DNA of 64,000 bases, from the NCBI RefSeq assembly GCF_006345805.1, contig NC_043005.1, forward strand, positions 71,114,001 through 71,178,000. Reading direction: 5' to 3'. The position numbers and the translations under genes were made by a program. The notes under the pieces are model-generated. The model saw only the letters and a list, made by a program, of their open reading frames with translations, was not told the DNA's origin and made no database searches. Position 1 is the first letter of the stretch. Every line of letters starts with the position of its first letter. This DNA comes from Octopus sinensis (taxonomy: Eukaryota). This document shows positions 1-12,288 of this stretch, in pieces.

Positions 1-11
1 GTCGAAACAAA

Positions 12-40
12 CCCGAGCAACGCCGGGCGATACTGCTAGT
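12..40 (+). mobile_element. Probable Helitron 3' terminus (short GC hairpin followed by CTAG|T)
   Basis: cccgagcaacgccggg stem-loop, then ctgCTAGt about 10 nt downstream, matching the canonical Helitron 3' end. The element body lies outside the window. Confidence 0.45.
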
Positions 41-473
41 ATCATTATATTTGCTGCGCCATCAAAACATTTTTAATATTTTGACCAGCATCAGCTAGAG
101 TTTCCTGGTTACATTTTTACTTCCTCGTTGAGAACACCTCTTTTAGCTGAAGGCATTGCACGAAGTTTGATGAAAGTCTCTCTGATATCTTGACGTACTC
201 AACCCTGTCAACGTCTGATGCTTCATTAACGATCATGGAATATCATGAGTCCTCTTCACGCCATTTGTTATGATGCCTAAACAAGAGCCTCTATATCATG
301 ACTTTAATCTCCTCTGCATTCGTTCATCTAAATTTCTGTTCAGATTTCTACCTCATTAAGGAATATTCTTGAACTGAAGATAAAGAATATTCAAAAAGGA
401 AATTACTACGAATAATACCCCCACTGATGCCCTCTGCATTATCTCATTGAGCAATATTTTGCTGTTCAGCAAA

Positions 474-660
474 GTGGCGAGCTAGCAGAGTCGTAACCAC
501 GCCGGAAAAATGCTTAGCGTTATTTCTGAGCTTCAATGCAGCCGGGGTCGACTTTACCTTTAATACTTTCGGGTTCGGTAAAATAAAATTCCAGTTGAAC
601 ACTAGGGTCGATGTAATCGACTTATCCCCCCCACCCCCACCACGAAATTACCGGCCTTGT
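474..660 (+). mobile_element. tRNA-derived SINE, family A, diverged copy
   Basis: Similar to the copies at 9144, 18836 and 48053 (gtggcgagctagcagag...gtcgactttacc...gggtcgatgtaatcgact). Confidence 0.7.
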
Positions 661-953
661 GCAAAAGTTTGGAATCGATATTTTATTGTTCAGGGGACAA
701 CAGCTGTTCGATAATAATCCTCAAATACTCTTGACTCCGCTCTATTTGCTACTTTTGTATAGTATTTTGTTGGCCACGGAAGTTATGTTTATGTCTTCTA
801 TGAACACAATAGACAACACGAAACGACATTTTACAATGTCACAGGCAAACAAACGATAAGACATTCACTGCTGATATCTGACTAACTAGATTCTTTACTA
901 ATTCCTTTGTTGCTGCATCGAAATGCATCGAAATTGGCCGAGTTGATTCAGTA

Positions 954-1322
954 ATTACTGCCGTCTTTGCGAAGGCAGAAGTATTATTTTTAGTCGTGTT
1001 TGTTTGTTTGTCCATGGACAAGATATCTCAAGAACCGCTGGATGGATTCGGATGAAAATTCCAGGGATGTTTGGCCTCGTGACTGGCACAAACTGATTAG
1101 ATTTTCGGATCAATCCGATACCGGACAAGGATTCTTGATTATTTTTCCTGTTTTTTTTTACTTAATTTTTGAAAGCGGTCGAGTTAATTTTTAGTATTCT
1201 CGTTTGTGAGAGCCGTCGAGTTTATATCGGATATTCTCATTTTAAAAATCATCTCCGGCTAATCGTTGAGAGGACGTTGGTGTTGCCTTGGCGGAGGTTT
1301 GCGCTCTTCGAGTGCTCTTCTA
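954..1322 (+). mobile_element. Non-autonomous Helentron/DINE-like (HINE-type) element
   Basis: 5' part followed by a (GTTT)n tract. The 3' end has ccttggcggagg and the small hairpin gcgctc-ttc-gagtgc, a layout typical of HINE/DINE-1-like elements. Confidence 0.45.
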
Positions 1323-1380
1323 TTATATTGTGATGATAGAGAAACTAGTGGATATTCATGGGTTGCATTCACTTCATCAT

Positions 1381-2320
1381 TATACATCTCACTTAAATAC
1401 TTTTAGATTCATAAGAACCAAATCCTGCAGAAACTCAAGGTTTTCCTAGCGATATTCAATCATTACCCTCAACAAAACAGTTTCAGACGTTGTGTGGGTT
1501 TTAGATACACCAGTTTTGTCTCTATCACTCCTTTTTTTATCAAAAAGATCAAGACCTGACTTATTTAGGCAATATCTGTTTCGACTTCTGGTAATTTATT
1601 TAAGAGTCACACACTTGGTGTTATCAACAGTTTTAACATATTTTGTATGTAATCAGAGAGTATTTGTCTGTAGCATTCTTCATATTTGTTTCATTGATGA
1701 TGAAACCACAAGGTTTTTGTGTTTTTTCTTTCTTTTTTTATGATGTGACTTAATGTACAAAATTCGAAATTAGTATGCGATGAAAACAAAATACGTATTG
1801 AGGAAAGCGATTCGTACTGTGCTGACCAACATTGGTATTGTTAAGTTTCAGAGTGAATGTGTTCAGGTTTCCATCCTGGAAGCCGTACAAATATTGTTAC
1901 ATCAAGCTAAAATTGAAAAGCTCAGCTCACAGATTTTTCTCTATTGGTTGAAAACTAGGGGAAAAAAAGAGGAAAAACACCAAAATAGATGCGGTTTTAT
2001 CATTAATGCAACAAATAAGAAGAATGCTGAAGGCAAACAGTCTTTGAAGACAAACGAAATACGTTAAAACTGTTGATAACGGTAAGAGTGTAAATGGGCA
2101 AAAGTAGCAACAGATATTGCTTAGAAAAGCTGATCTTTTTGATAAAAAAAGAAGAGAGTGATAATGACAAAGCGGATATATCTAAAGCCCACACAACTTG
2201 CCGAACAATCGCCTAGAACTGTTTTGTTGAGACTAGCGACTGAATAATCGCTAAGAAAACATTGAGCATCTACAGAATATGGTGCTTCAGAATCTGAGAA
2301 TATTTCAAGTGACATATATA
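1381..2320. repeat. Old long inverted repeat (arms ~1381-1740 and ~1962-2320)
   Basis: The reverse complement of the right arm aligns to the left arm by eye (e.g. ttgtgtggg[t/c]tttagata, tttttttatcaaaaagatca, gttatcaacagttttaac, agcattcttc[a/t]tatttg). Confidence 0.75.
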
Positions 2321-2629
2321 TAAAGAGGAAGAAAATATACCGCCCGAGTATCCACTGGTTTTGTTATCGCCATGGTACAATATTACTCGGAGAAATAAAA
2401 GCAATTAGATTATTTTTTTTGCTATTCCTGAAAGAATTAATAGGGACAAATTCAAGAAATTAGTGATTATTAAATTGCAGCTAATTTGCAATAATTGTTC
2501 ATTTTTAAATCTTTTATCTTTTACTTTCTCCGAACGATTTTCTCTTCTTGCTTTTCGCGGATTTTCCTCTCGCCTTACAAGAAATTGACGGGCAGTTTCA
2601 TTTCTCTTTTACTCGTTCGCTCGGACAGA

Positions 2630-3350
2630 GATGTATGTATGTATGTATGTATGTATGTATGTATGTATGTACGTACGTACGTGCGTATGTATGTATGTAT
2701 GTATGTATGTATGTATGTATGTATGTATGTAGGTACGCATGTGCGTATGTATGTATGCATGTATGTATGGATGTATGTATGTATTTATGTATTTATGTAT
2801 GTATGTATGTATGTATGTACGTACGTATGTGTGTATGTATGCATGTATGTATGGATGTATGTATGTATGTACGTATGCATGTACGCATGTATGTATGCAT
2901 GAATGTATGTATGCATGTATGTATGCATGTATGTATGTATGTATGGATGGATGGATGGATGTATGCAAGCATGTATGGATGGATGTGTGTACGTATGTGC
3001 GTATGTATGCGTGTATGTATGTATGGATGGATGGATGGATGTGTGTGTACTTATGTGCGTATATATGTGTATGTGTGTATGTATCTATGCATGCATGCAT
3101 GTAGCGATGGATGGATGTATGCGTGCATGCATGCATGCCTGACTACCTATATGTAATGTATGTATGTATGTATGTATGTATGTATGTATGTATGTATGTA
3201 TGTGTGCATGTATGTATGTATGTATGTGTGTATGCATGTATGTATGTATGTATGTATGCATGCATGTATGTATGCATGTATGTATGTATGTATGTATGTA
3301 TGTACGTGTGCATGTATGTATGTATGCATGAATGTGTGCATGTATGTATA
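2630..3350. repeat. (ATGT)n/(ATGG)n compound microsatellite
   Basis: Directly visible. It produces the MYVC/HTYI pseudo-ORFs. Confidence 0.97.
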
Positions 3351-4735
3351 TTGTGATTTGCTTAATTTATTTTTACCTTTGCAGAATTCAAACCGGTTAC
3401 AAACAAAATGACAAAACGCTTGGGTTTAGGGCATTATCTGAAATGACAGATACGTTCATATATGCATGTTTGCATACGTGCGTACATGCGAATAAACTCG
3501 TACTCATGTTGCACTCATGTAGCAAGTATGATTGTCATTTTAGTGCACAAGGACGTACGCTTCATTACCTTTGAGGGATCTAGTGTCTCTCATTCGCGAA
3601 ATGAGCCCCCACACCGCCCGCACTTAATTTTGCTGAGATCGCTTTCAATTTTGGTGTATTGATGATGGAACTCTGAATTTTGATTACGATCAACCAGTTC
3701 CTTTTATCTCGTAAATTAAAGAATCTGATGTTATTTGGCATTAGAGTTAGGAAATTTGGGTAATTTTAGCCAATCAACAGACAGCGTGGCATTAGCAGAT
3801 TGTTACCATGACAACCACACACTGCTTTGTGGTTCACTGTTGTCTGTACCGCTGTTGTCTATGTTGATTTTTCATACTTAATTCTTCACACCACAAGATT
3901 CTTTTCAAACGCGTTTTGCTTTAATTTTTCTGTGTGTTAGTGTATTACATATTTTTCTGTGCTTCTGTGTGTTAGTATTTTTCTGTGCTTTTTCTATGTG
4001 TTAGTATTTTAAATACTAAGCTGGCTCCCGACTTGGTTGGCTATCTACGCCTGTTTATATCGAGCACAAACTTGCGCTAAGTACAGACGCCTGCGTGTTC
4101 TTTAAGACACATCTCACGAAAAACCGCCTTCTTCTATTCAATAAGCTTGGTGGCACCCTGGTGGTACATATTGTGGCAAACGTAAAACCGCCTATAATTG
4201 TATTGTTATATATATATTTATTTACCAGGGTGACCCACGACTGGACTGGTTATCCACGCCGGTAATATCGAGCATAAACTTACATGAAGTATAGGTGGGT
4301 GTATGCAAGTGTGTTTTGTTTTATATAATTTCAGAGCGCATTAATTTATTTTTATATTTGGTAAGTTTTGTGGTACCCTGCTAGTATTTATAACTGTATT
4401 GTTACATATATCAAATACCAAGGTTGCTCTCGATTTGGCTGGTTATCCACGCCGGGTATACCGAACACAGACTTACATCAAATACAGTTGGGTGTGTGTC
4501 TGTATGAAGACATGGCTGAGATGGAATTGTGGGACAATCATGCATTTCTTAAATGTGGATGAACAAACATTCCATCGCGATTCTCCCACGTTTCTTTTAA
4601 ATTCTTTAACTTTGTCACAACAACAAAGCTTCTAAGGAAGAAAACTTCCACAAAATCCAAAGTACATGTGGTGTATATATAAACAAATATACATACATAC
4701 ATACATACATACATACATGTGTGTGTGTGTGTGTG

Positions 4736-4784
<49 letters not shown>

Positions 4785-5989
4785 TATATATATATATATG
4801 CATATATATATATATAGATGGTGTAATTTAATTGTTCATTTTGAATTGATAAAAGGTGGGTTTTTTCTAATTTTATATATGTATATATATAAGTAGTAGA
4901 TCTTGCAGGCATGAAGGGGATTCGATCCACCATTGCCAAATTTCAAGTAACAGTTCAAGAGAAGTTTTCTCACGGTGGAACAATAGTTTTTCTATGACAG
5001 CAGTTTTACATTTGCCAGATTGCCTTAGCTAGGCCGAAATAATGTCTTCACCACTTGACCTTGCTAACCTCTTCTGCTTCACCAAAAGCTAGAATGGCGA
5101 TATCACAGACCACCTACGAAAACCATTGTTCTCAACGATACGTCTATCCTTCTGGATAGTTATGAAAGCAAAAAACCCAAGCAAATTTTTCACACCCACC
5201 GAGAAATTAAGTTTGAAAATAAAAGTGTGCGCGCACGTGCATACGTGTGTGTGTGTGTGTGTTTGTGTGTATTTCTTCCGACATATTTTTCAATATTTGG
5301 GTTCTTAAAAACATTTTTTATTACCTTCATTTTTTAAGAGTATTTTTATTGCAAATTAATAATGATTTCTCCCAACATTAATTGGTGTAAATATAATCAG
5401 TAATTCAGCATTAATGATAAAAGGTGCGTTGCTAATTAAGAACATTTCGCAAAAACGTTATAAGATACAGGTATTCTTTTTTCTTCGGACAAATTCTTTG
5501 TTGACCAGTGTTATTTCTTATCATATTTTACAAAACCAAGCATGAAAACGTTACTAAACTTTGAAGTTTTAGAGACAGACGCCTCCCTTTTCACACACAC
5601 ACACATGCACTTATATATTAATGATGTACACAAATACATGACAGGTAATCATAATATTGAAATACGCATAAAGTAAACACACGCAGACAAATATATTAAT
5701 ATTATAAACTTTAAAAATAATAAAACCATACAATCAATAAAGAGACAAAAGAAACAGTAAGGTGATACATGTTGATTTTATTTGGTATTTCTATTTATTC
5801 AGAAACCTACAATGAACAAGTCAGATACTAAACTCTAAATTTCACTGGGTACAATCTTAAAGTTGACACCATTCCGCTAAACGCAGAAAATTTGTCTCGC
5901 TATTAGCTAAAAATATAGTTTTTTTTTTCTATTTTTAAACCTCTATAACGTTTTTCTCCATTTTTTTCTCCACATCATCATACCTATCT

Positions 5990-6211
5990 CTTTACTACCC
6001 ACAAGGGGCTAAACACAGAGAGGACAAACAAGGACAGACAAACGGATTAAGTCGATTATATCGACCCCAGTGCGTAACTGGTACTTATTTAATCGACCCC
6101 GAAAGGATGAAAGGCAAAGTCGACCTCGGCGGAATTTGAACTTAGAACGTAGCGGCAGACGAAATACCGCTAAGCATTTCGCCCGGCATGCTAACGATTC
6201 TGCCAGCTCGG
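5990..6211 (-). mobile_element. tRNA-derived SINE, family A
   Basis: Reverse complement of the unit at 9144-9375, with a B-box-like gttcaaattcc. Confidence 0.85.
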
Positions 6212-6744
6212 TGCCACATCATCATACCTTCGAAGCAATGAGACTGGAAAGCTACAATATTATAGTCGATTTTCAGATTTTTTACTCTCTTTTAAAAAAA
6301 TGCATATTTTGCGAATGAAAAAAACTAGATAGATCCCCTTTAAGTATGTGTGACTGAGTACATGTGTTCAACTGGCGGATTCCAGAAATCCTTTAGAAAT
6401 TTTTGCTGAACCCCTAATCAGCTGTAACTGGAAAATTTGAATCGGTTTGATCACTACCTTTCTAGGGCTTATGAATATTTGTAGCCACGTAGGTTTCTTT
6501 TCATTTATTTATCCTTATCTTCTAGTTGATTCAATCATTAGACTGCGGCCACTCTGGATCACAGCCTTGAAGAATCTTTAATCGAATGAATCGACCGCAG
6601 TACTTATAGTTTTGTTTTGTTTTTTAAGCTTATTCTGTCAGTTTCTTTTGCCGAATCGCTAAGTTACGGCGACGTAAACACAATAACACCGGTTGTTAAG
6701 TAACACAATGCGTCACTCAAACTCTCACAGAACTGATTCTACAC

Positions 6745-7330
6745 CTCTAATTCCATTCCTCCAACCATCATAAATCCTGTTGGTGTCACTGTCGATGTAG
6801 AAGTTACCAATCATTGATGGTAGTATCTTTCTAGTTCAGATATCTAAGTTGCAGATTTCTTCAAATGTCCAGTTTAGTATCCCAAATGTTGCTACAAGAA
6901 CTGGAACTCTGAATGCATTGTGGAATGCAATCTTATTGAATGCAGACAGATCTAACTTCCATAAATTCCAAAGTATGCCGAAGTGTTCTCTTGCTACTCT
7001 AACTTTAATCACGGAACCAGCTAATGTAATGTTCTCGCCAATCCTGTGATATTTGTAGCATTTATCATTGGAATTGGGGAAACAGAAAGGCCATTTGTAT
7101 TCATATTCCTTGCCTGGTTGACAATCTTTTCTCTATTGATTACCAAATATGAGCATTTTTCATCATTCAAATCTTTTCCTATGTCCACCAAGAATGTTGT
7201 GGCTAGTTTTATGTCTGTTGGTGTCGGGAATATAACCCGAGTACAACCCAAAATTACCAACAAAAAGCATCTGGGTGGAATTGTTTTTACTTCTTCCATC
7301 TGCAAATCCTGTCTTGTAGCTTTTGAATTT
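6745..7330 (-). mobile_element. Degenerate non-LTR retrotransposon RT fragment, R4/Dong-like
   Basis: Translations DIKLATTFLVDIGKDLNDEKCSYLVINREKI and FNKIAFHNAFRVPVLVATFGILNWTFEEICNLDI*TRKIL resemble the late RT/thumb region of R4/Dong LINEs. A frameshift and a stop are present. Confidence 0.55.
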
Positions 7331-7887
7331 CCTTAACACAAATGACAGTATGTTTACTCTTCGGACAGAAAAAAAAACACAACAGATAAGGTATTATCCT
7401 AAAATATTCCTGTTAATAACCTAATTCTGTTCGGAACTGTAGAAGTAGCTTCAGTTTTTATCGATAGTTCAGTTGACAATGTTATTGTCAGATTCTTAAT
7501 GGTTACGAATATAACGGTTGAAATTTTGACAAGTGAGAAATAGTAAAATACTTTCTTATAGTCTAACCATACAGTCAACGAGTTTCGGTATGGCTGTTTT
7601 TACCTCATTAAGATCAGCTTTGTTGACGAGGAGCTGTTTAGCACAGCTCCACATTCCTTTCTTTCCTCCTGCCTGCTCATCTCTTGTTTTCAGCCATTAT
7701 TACTGTACATGCCACTATCTGCTAGTCCGGTACATTACGGTCAGTGTTACTTGTTCTTTTGAATAGATTAACTAAGCTTTCTGTACCAATAAAAGACTAT
7801 CCAATCTACGTTTTGCAGTTTTGCAACGGTCAGTAACGTTTCACTGTTGATATTTTAAGTGTAGTGACGCCCTTTTGGAAGTCTTCA

Positions 7888-7980
7888 GCGCACATGCGCA
7901 GAGTTGGATTTCTTCCGGTAGGCCACCGGAAGTTCCCTCATGCGCATGCGCAGAAAACTACCAACAGCAAGATTTCCCGC
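7888..7980. promoter_or_regulatory. TATA-less housekeeping-type promoter motif cluster (NRF1, ETS, E2F-like)
   Basis: gcgcacatgcgca 7888-7900, cttccggt 7912-7919, accggaagt 7925-7933, perfect tgcgcatgcgca 7941-7952 and tttcccgc 7973-7980, within a local CpG-rich island. Confidence 0.65.
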
Positions 7981-9143
7981 TGGATCTCTCTCTTTCGAAG
8001 CTTCAGCTGAATTGAATGGACGCGTCCTCGTGGTTCTCCCAAGCAAGCCAACACGTGGAGAAGCCCTTCTACGCTGGAATGAGACAGCTTTTGGCTCACA
8101 CAATTTAACTAATGTGACTAGCCCCATGGCCCATGGCTACCGGTTCGCCCTGAAGGAAATATATGTATATATTTATTTTTTATTGCGAATCCAGAAAAAT
8201 AAATATTATTTATGCTGTTGAAGATATTCGAAGTCTTGGTTTTCCTTCCGACAAATAATTTAATGTAACGGGATAAGACCTGCACCCCTCAAGTGTTCCA
8301 GAGACCTTACATCGTGGTTACATAAGTTTTGGATGTGATATTTGCACATTACTCATTCAGTAGCTCACCTAAACTCATTATATCACAGTCGCGTTGTTTG
8401 TTTACTCTCTAGATCTCTCCTCCAAATGACTCAAGATCATCTGGGGATAGGTTTTTGCAACCCTGATGGTATGACATTCCATGCTTTGATATACTGCTAG
8501 AGGGCTTAGTGCAAACTTACGATTGATGGCATTATCTTTTAGCAGTTTTTTTGTTTTTTTTTACGATAGCGGACTTATCGCTCGCACTTTGTATTTAAGG
8601 GCAATTTAGCTTATCAACATTTCCGGTAAACCTTAAATAACTCATCATGAAGTTACAGATGGCGATTAGTGAATTTATTATTCATTTTGCACTTAATGAC
8701 AGTTTCTAATTGTCCAATATTTTTTTCTGAGTCTGTCAATACGGGTTTAAAGAGAGGTAATTCATTTTGATTGTTTTTCTCGATACTATTGATTTCTGTT
8801 ATTGCCATCTGTTGGCGAACGGTAACCGCAGCACAGTATAGCAGAACACTCAATGCCCGAAAGCTATTATTCTCGATCTCTGCAAGGTGTTCCTTAGCTA
8901 TTTAATCCATCGTGGATAACATCAGATTACATTTTCTATTGATTCGTACATTTATGTCTGTATATGTGTGTGTGTGTGAAAATAAATACTTTTAGATATT
9001 GATTCACCACATAAGATTTTTTAATAACACTTTAATTTATGAGTGTCTACTTTCTATTCTAATAATTTACTCTTGTAATTGCTTGTTCAGTATGTAACTG
9101 TGTATGGAAGTATACACACACACAGACACACACACATATTAAA

Positions 9144-9756
9144 GGCGGCGAGCTGGCAGAAACGTTAGCACACCGGGCGAAATGCTTAGCAGTATTTCGT
9201 CTGCCGTTACGTTCCGAGTTCAAATTCCGCCGAGGTCGACTTTGCCTTTCATCCTCTCGGGGTCAGTTAAATAAGTACCAGTTACGCACTAGGGTCGATG
9301 TAATCGACTTAATCCGTTTGTCAGTCCTTGTTCGTTCTCTTTGTATTTAGCCCCTTGTGGGTGGTAAAGAAATAGGTATTTCGTCTGCCGTTACGTTCTG
9401 AGTTCAAATTCCGCCGAGGTCGACTTTGCCTTTCATCCTTTCGGGGTCGATAAATTAAGTACAAGTTACGCACTGGTGTCGATGTAATCAACTTAATCCG
9501 TTTGTCCCTTCTATGTTTAGACCCTTGTGGGAAATAACGAAATAAAAACGTTAGCACGCCGGGCAAAATACTGATCGGTATTTCGTCTGTCTTTATGTTC
9601 TGAGTTCAAATTCGGCCGAGGTCGACTTTGCCTTTCATCCTTTCGGGGTCGATAAATTAAGTACCAGTTACGCACTGGGGTCGATGTAATCGACTTTATC
9701 CCTTTGTCTATCCTTGTTTGTCCCCTCTATGTTTAGCCCCTAAATAAAGAAATAAC
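9144..9756 (+). mobile_element. SINE family A, head-to-tail trimer
   Basis: One tRNA-like leader followed by three copies of the ~180-bp body. Confidence 0.88.
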
Positions 9757-9800
9757 ACACACACGCACATACATACATACATACATACATACATACAAAC

Positions 9801-9842
<42 letters not shown>

Positions 9843-10429
9843 GTGTATGTATGTATGTGTGTGTGTATGTGTGTATGTATGTATGTATGTATGTATTCAT
9901 ATAATTATGGACGGATGGCTCGATGGTTGGATGCACATACCTATGCATGTGTTTATACATATATACACATACATATAATATATTATTTACACTCGCACAC
10001 ACACACACGCGCATTTGCTTGGTTTAGGTTGTTAATCACGTTCGTAATCAAATTGTCAGATCTGCTCAGGTCTGCTTTGAGGTGAAATCTTTGTACTGTT
10101 GATATAACGTTTACTTGTTAAATTTAAAAGAAAAACTGTAGGCTTGTTGCAGAGCGTAACATTCGGTGCATTTGTCCAAGAGGAAAGAAATGAATGTTTG
10201 ATTCATATCAGCATTTTAGCTGTCAGTTTTCAATCATGAATTGTTGATTACAAATGTGTACTGTTTAATATTGTTCACACAAAAATTTTGGCTTTTAGAC
10301 TTGAACATATATCTGCACAAATATGACCAATGAGAGAACTTCAACGGAACATTGGCTGATAGACTTGTATAGAATTCTAAATTCAGTCCATAATAAGCAA
10401 AACTGCAAGATAACGTATAACAATGGTTT

Positions 10430-11830
10430 TATTTACATTCGCTTCTGGTCGATAAATCAATGTAACTGTGACAAGCTAGACCAAGCGTATGTGGGCGTGA
10501 TGGGGTGAGTAGGTTGTATGAATGTTTATAGGTAAAGTGTATACGGCTGTATAGTTTGTGTGAGATAGATATAATGGTATATGTCTTGTATACGTGTGTG
10601 TGTTTGTGTAGTATTTTGTTTATGTGTTTTATCGAATAAAAGGAGACTAGATGCAAGAATATTGTGTATGTGCCTGTGGAACGGACAGTGTGTGCCAGCA
10701 TTTTGTGTGGGTGTGTATAGATATGTATGAATGACAACGTGGTTGGTGTGAAAGAAGTATAACGGTGTGTTTTGTATAAAAGTTTATGTATATAAGGAGG
10801 TAAGTGTGCGTATGTGTCTGTTTCTTAGAGAAGCGAGGTAAGATACGGGATTATACACAATAGGTGTTCTGCAGTGTAGTTGGAATGAATGAGCCCACGG
10901 CAGTAGGGTGGGCGTAGATGGATTGTCGATAAAAGAGAAAATGGGAAGAATGATGCAGAAGACTAAAAGATTGTGGATTGCGCAGAAGGATATTAACCGT
11001 GTGTGAGAAGTCGATGTTTCGGTGTTTCCAAGGTGAACTACTCTTAAATGAAAGATAAGATGTTGTTTACGGTTAAAACCAGAGGTCGTTGATCCAAGGT
11101 GTAAAATGACATTGCAGATAAAGAGATGCAGGTGGCAATGTTTGGAAGGGTTGAAATGACAGGTCAAAGTAATCCACTACAGTGGCCTTCTAAGAGGTGC
11201 TCCCTTAAACGTTTTGCCGATCTTATAATATCTGTTTCTCTAGTACACAAACCACAAAGTCGACATTTTATGCAGTAAATTATGTGGTTTGTAGTTTAAA
11301 TGTATTGTTCAACAGCAAAGAAGAAGAAATGGTTGTGTTGGGTGATGATGCTTTGAATGAAGAGATAGGTTATCAATGGGGGGGCTGAGCAATAAAAAAT
11401 TATTCTGGTAATGGAGACAGCGGTCTCTTCGGAAGGAAGGGCAAAAGCATCCACATATTCTGTGGATGCTTTTGCCCTTCCTTCCGAAGAGACCGCTGTC
11501 TCCATTACCAGAATAATTTTTTATTGCTCAGCTCCCCATTGATAACCTATCTCTTCATTCAAAGCATCATCACCCAACATAACCATATGTTGGAAGTAGT
11601 AGGAATGATACATCGGAGCAATTAGTTAACCTGTATGGTGAGGAAAGGGAAGCAGTTGGTGGTAAGGTAGATATGAGGCATGAGGGTGACAGAAATCAAC
11701 TTTGCGGGTGCGACGGTATGCGGTGTCAGCGGGTGGTTAGGGGTATCCACGATGTGTGACGTAATAATCATTTCGCGCGGTTGACTCTGAATTCGAAGTC
11801 TCAATTACAGAAAGGGCGAAGGCATAGGTA
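10430..11830 (-). mobile_element. Degenerate Penelope-like element with internal fold-back
   Basis: The minus-strand translation CNVILHLGSTTSGFNRKQHLIFHLRVV resembles a decayed GIY-YIG segment. Contains the hairpin at 11330-11585. Confidence 0.4.
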
Positions 11831-11871
11831 TTATGAATAATGGATTGCAAATTTGGTCAATGTGGTTGAAC

Positions 11872-12288
11872 CTATTTCTTTACTACCCATAAGGGGCTAA
11901 ACACAGAGAGGGCAAACAAGGACAGAGAAACGGATTAAGTCCATTATATTGACCCCAGTGCGTAACTGGTACTTAATTTATCGACCCCGAAAGGATGAAA
12001 GGCAAAGTCGACCTCGGCGAAATTTGAACTCAGAACGTAGCGGCACACGAAATACCTATTTCTTTATTACCCACAAAGGGGCTAAACACAGAGGGGACAA
12101 ACAAGGACAGACATAGGTATTAAGTCGATTACATCGACCCCAGTGCGTAACTGGTACTTAATTTATCGACCCCGAAAGGATGAAAGGCAAAGTCGACCTC
12201 GGCGGAATTTGAACTCAGAACGTAGCGGCACACGAAATACCGCTCAGCATTTCGCCCGGCGTGCTAACGATTCTGCCAGCCCACCGCC
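11872..12288 (-). mobile_element. SINE family A, dimer
   Basis: Two tandem bodies with the junction cgaaatacctatttcttt at 12048-12065. Confidence 0.88.

Noticed and set aside
2495-3411. Many overlapping ORFs of MYVC/HTYI type, up to 202 aa
   Set aside because: Translations of an (ATGT)n microsatellite, open in most frames.
9144-9756. Tandem ~180-bp units as a CRISPR-like array
   Set aside because: No unique spacers. These are SINE bodies in eukaryotic DNA.
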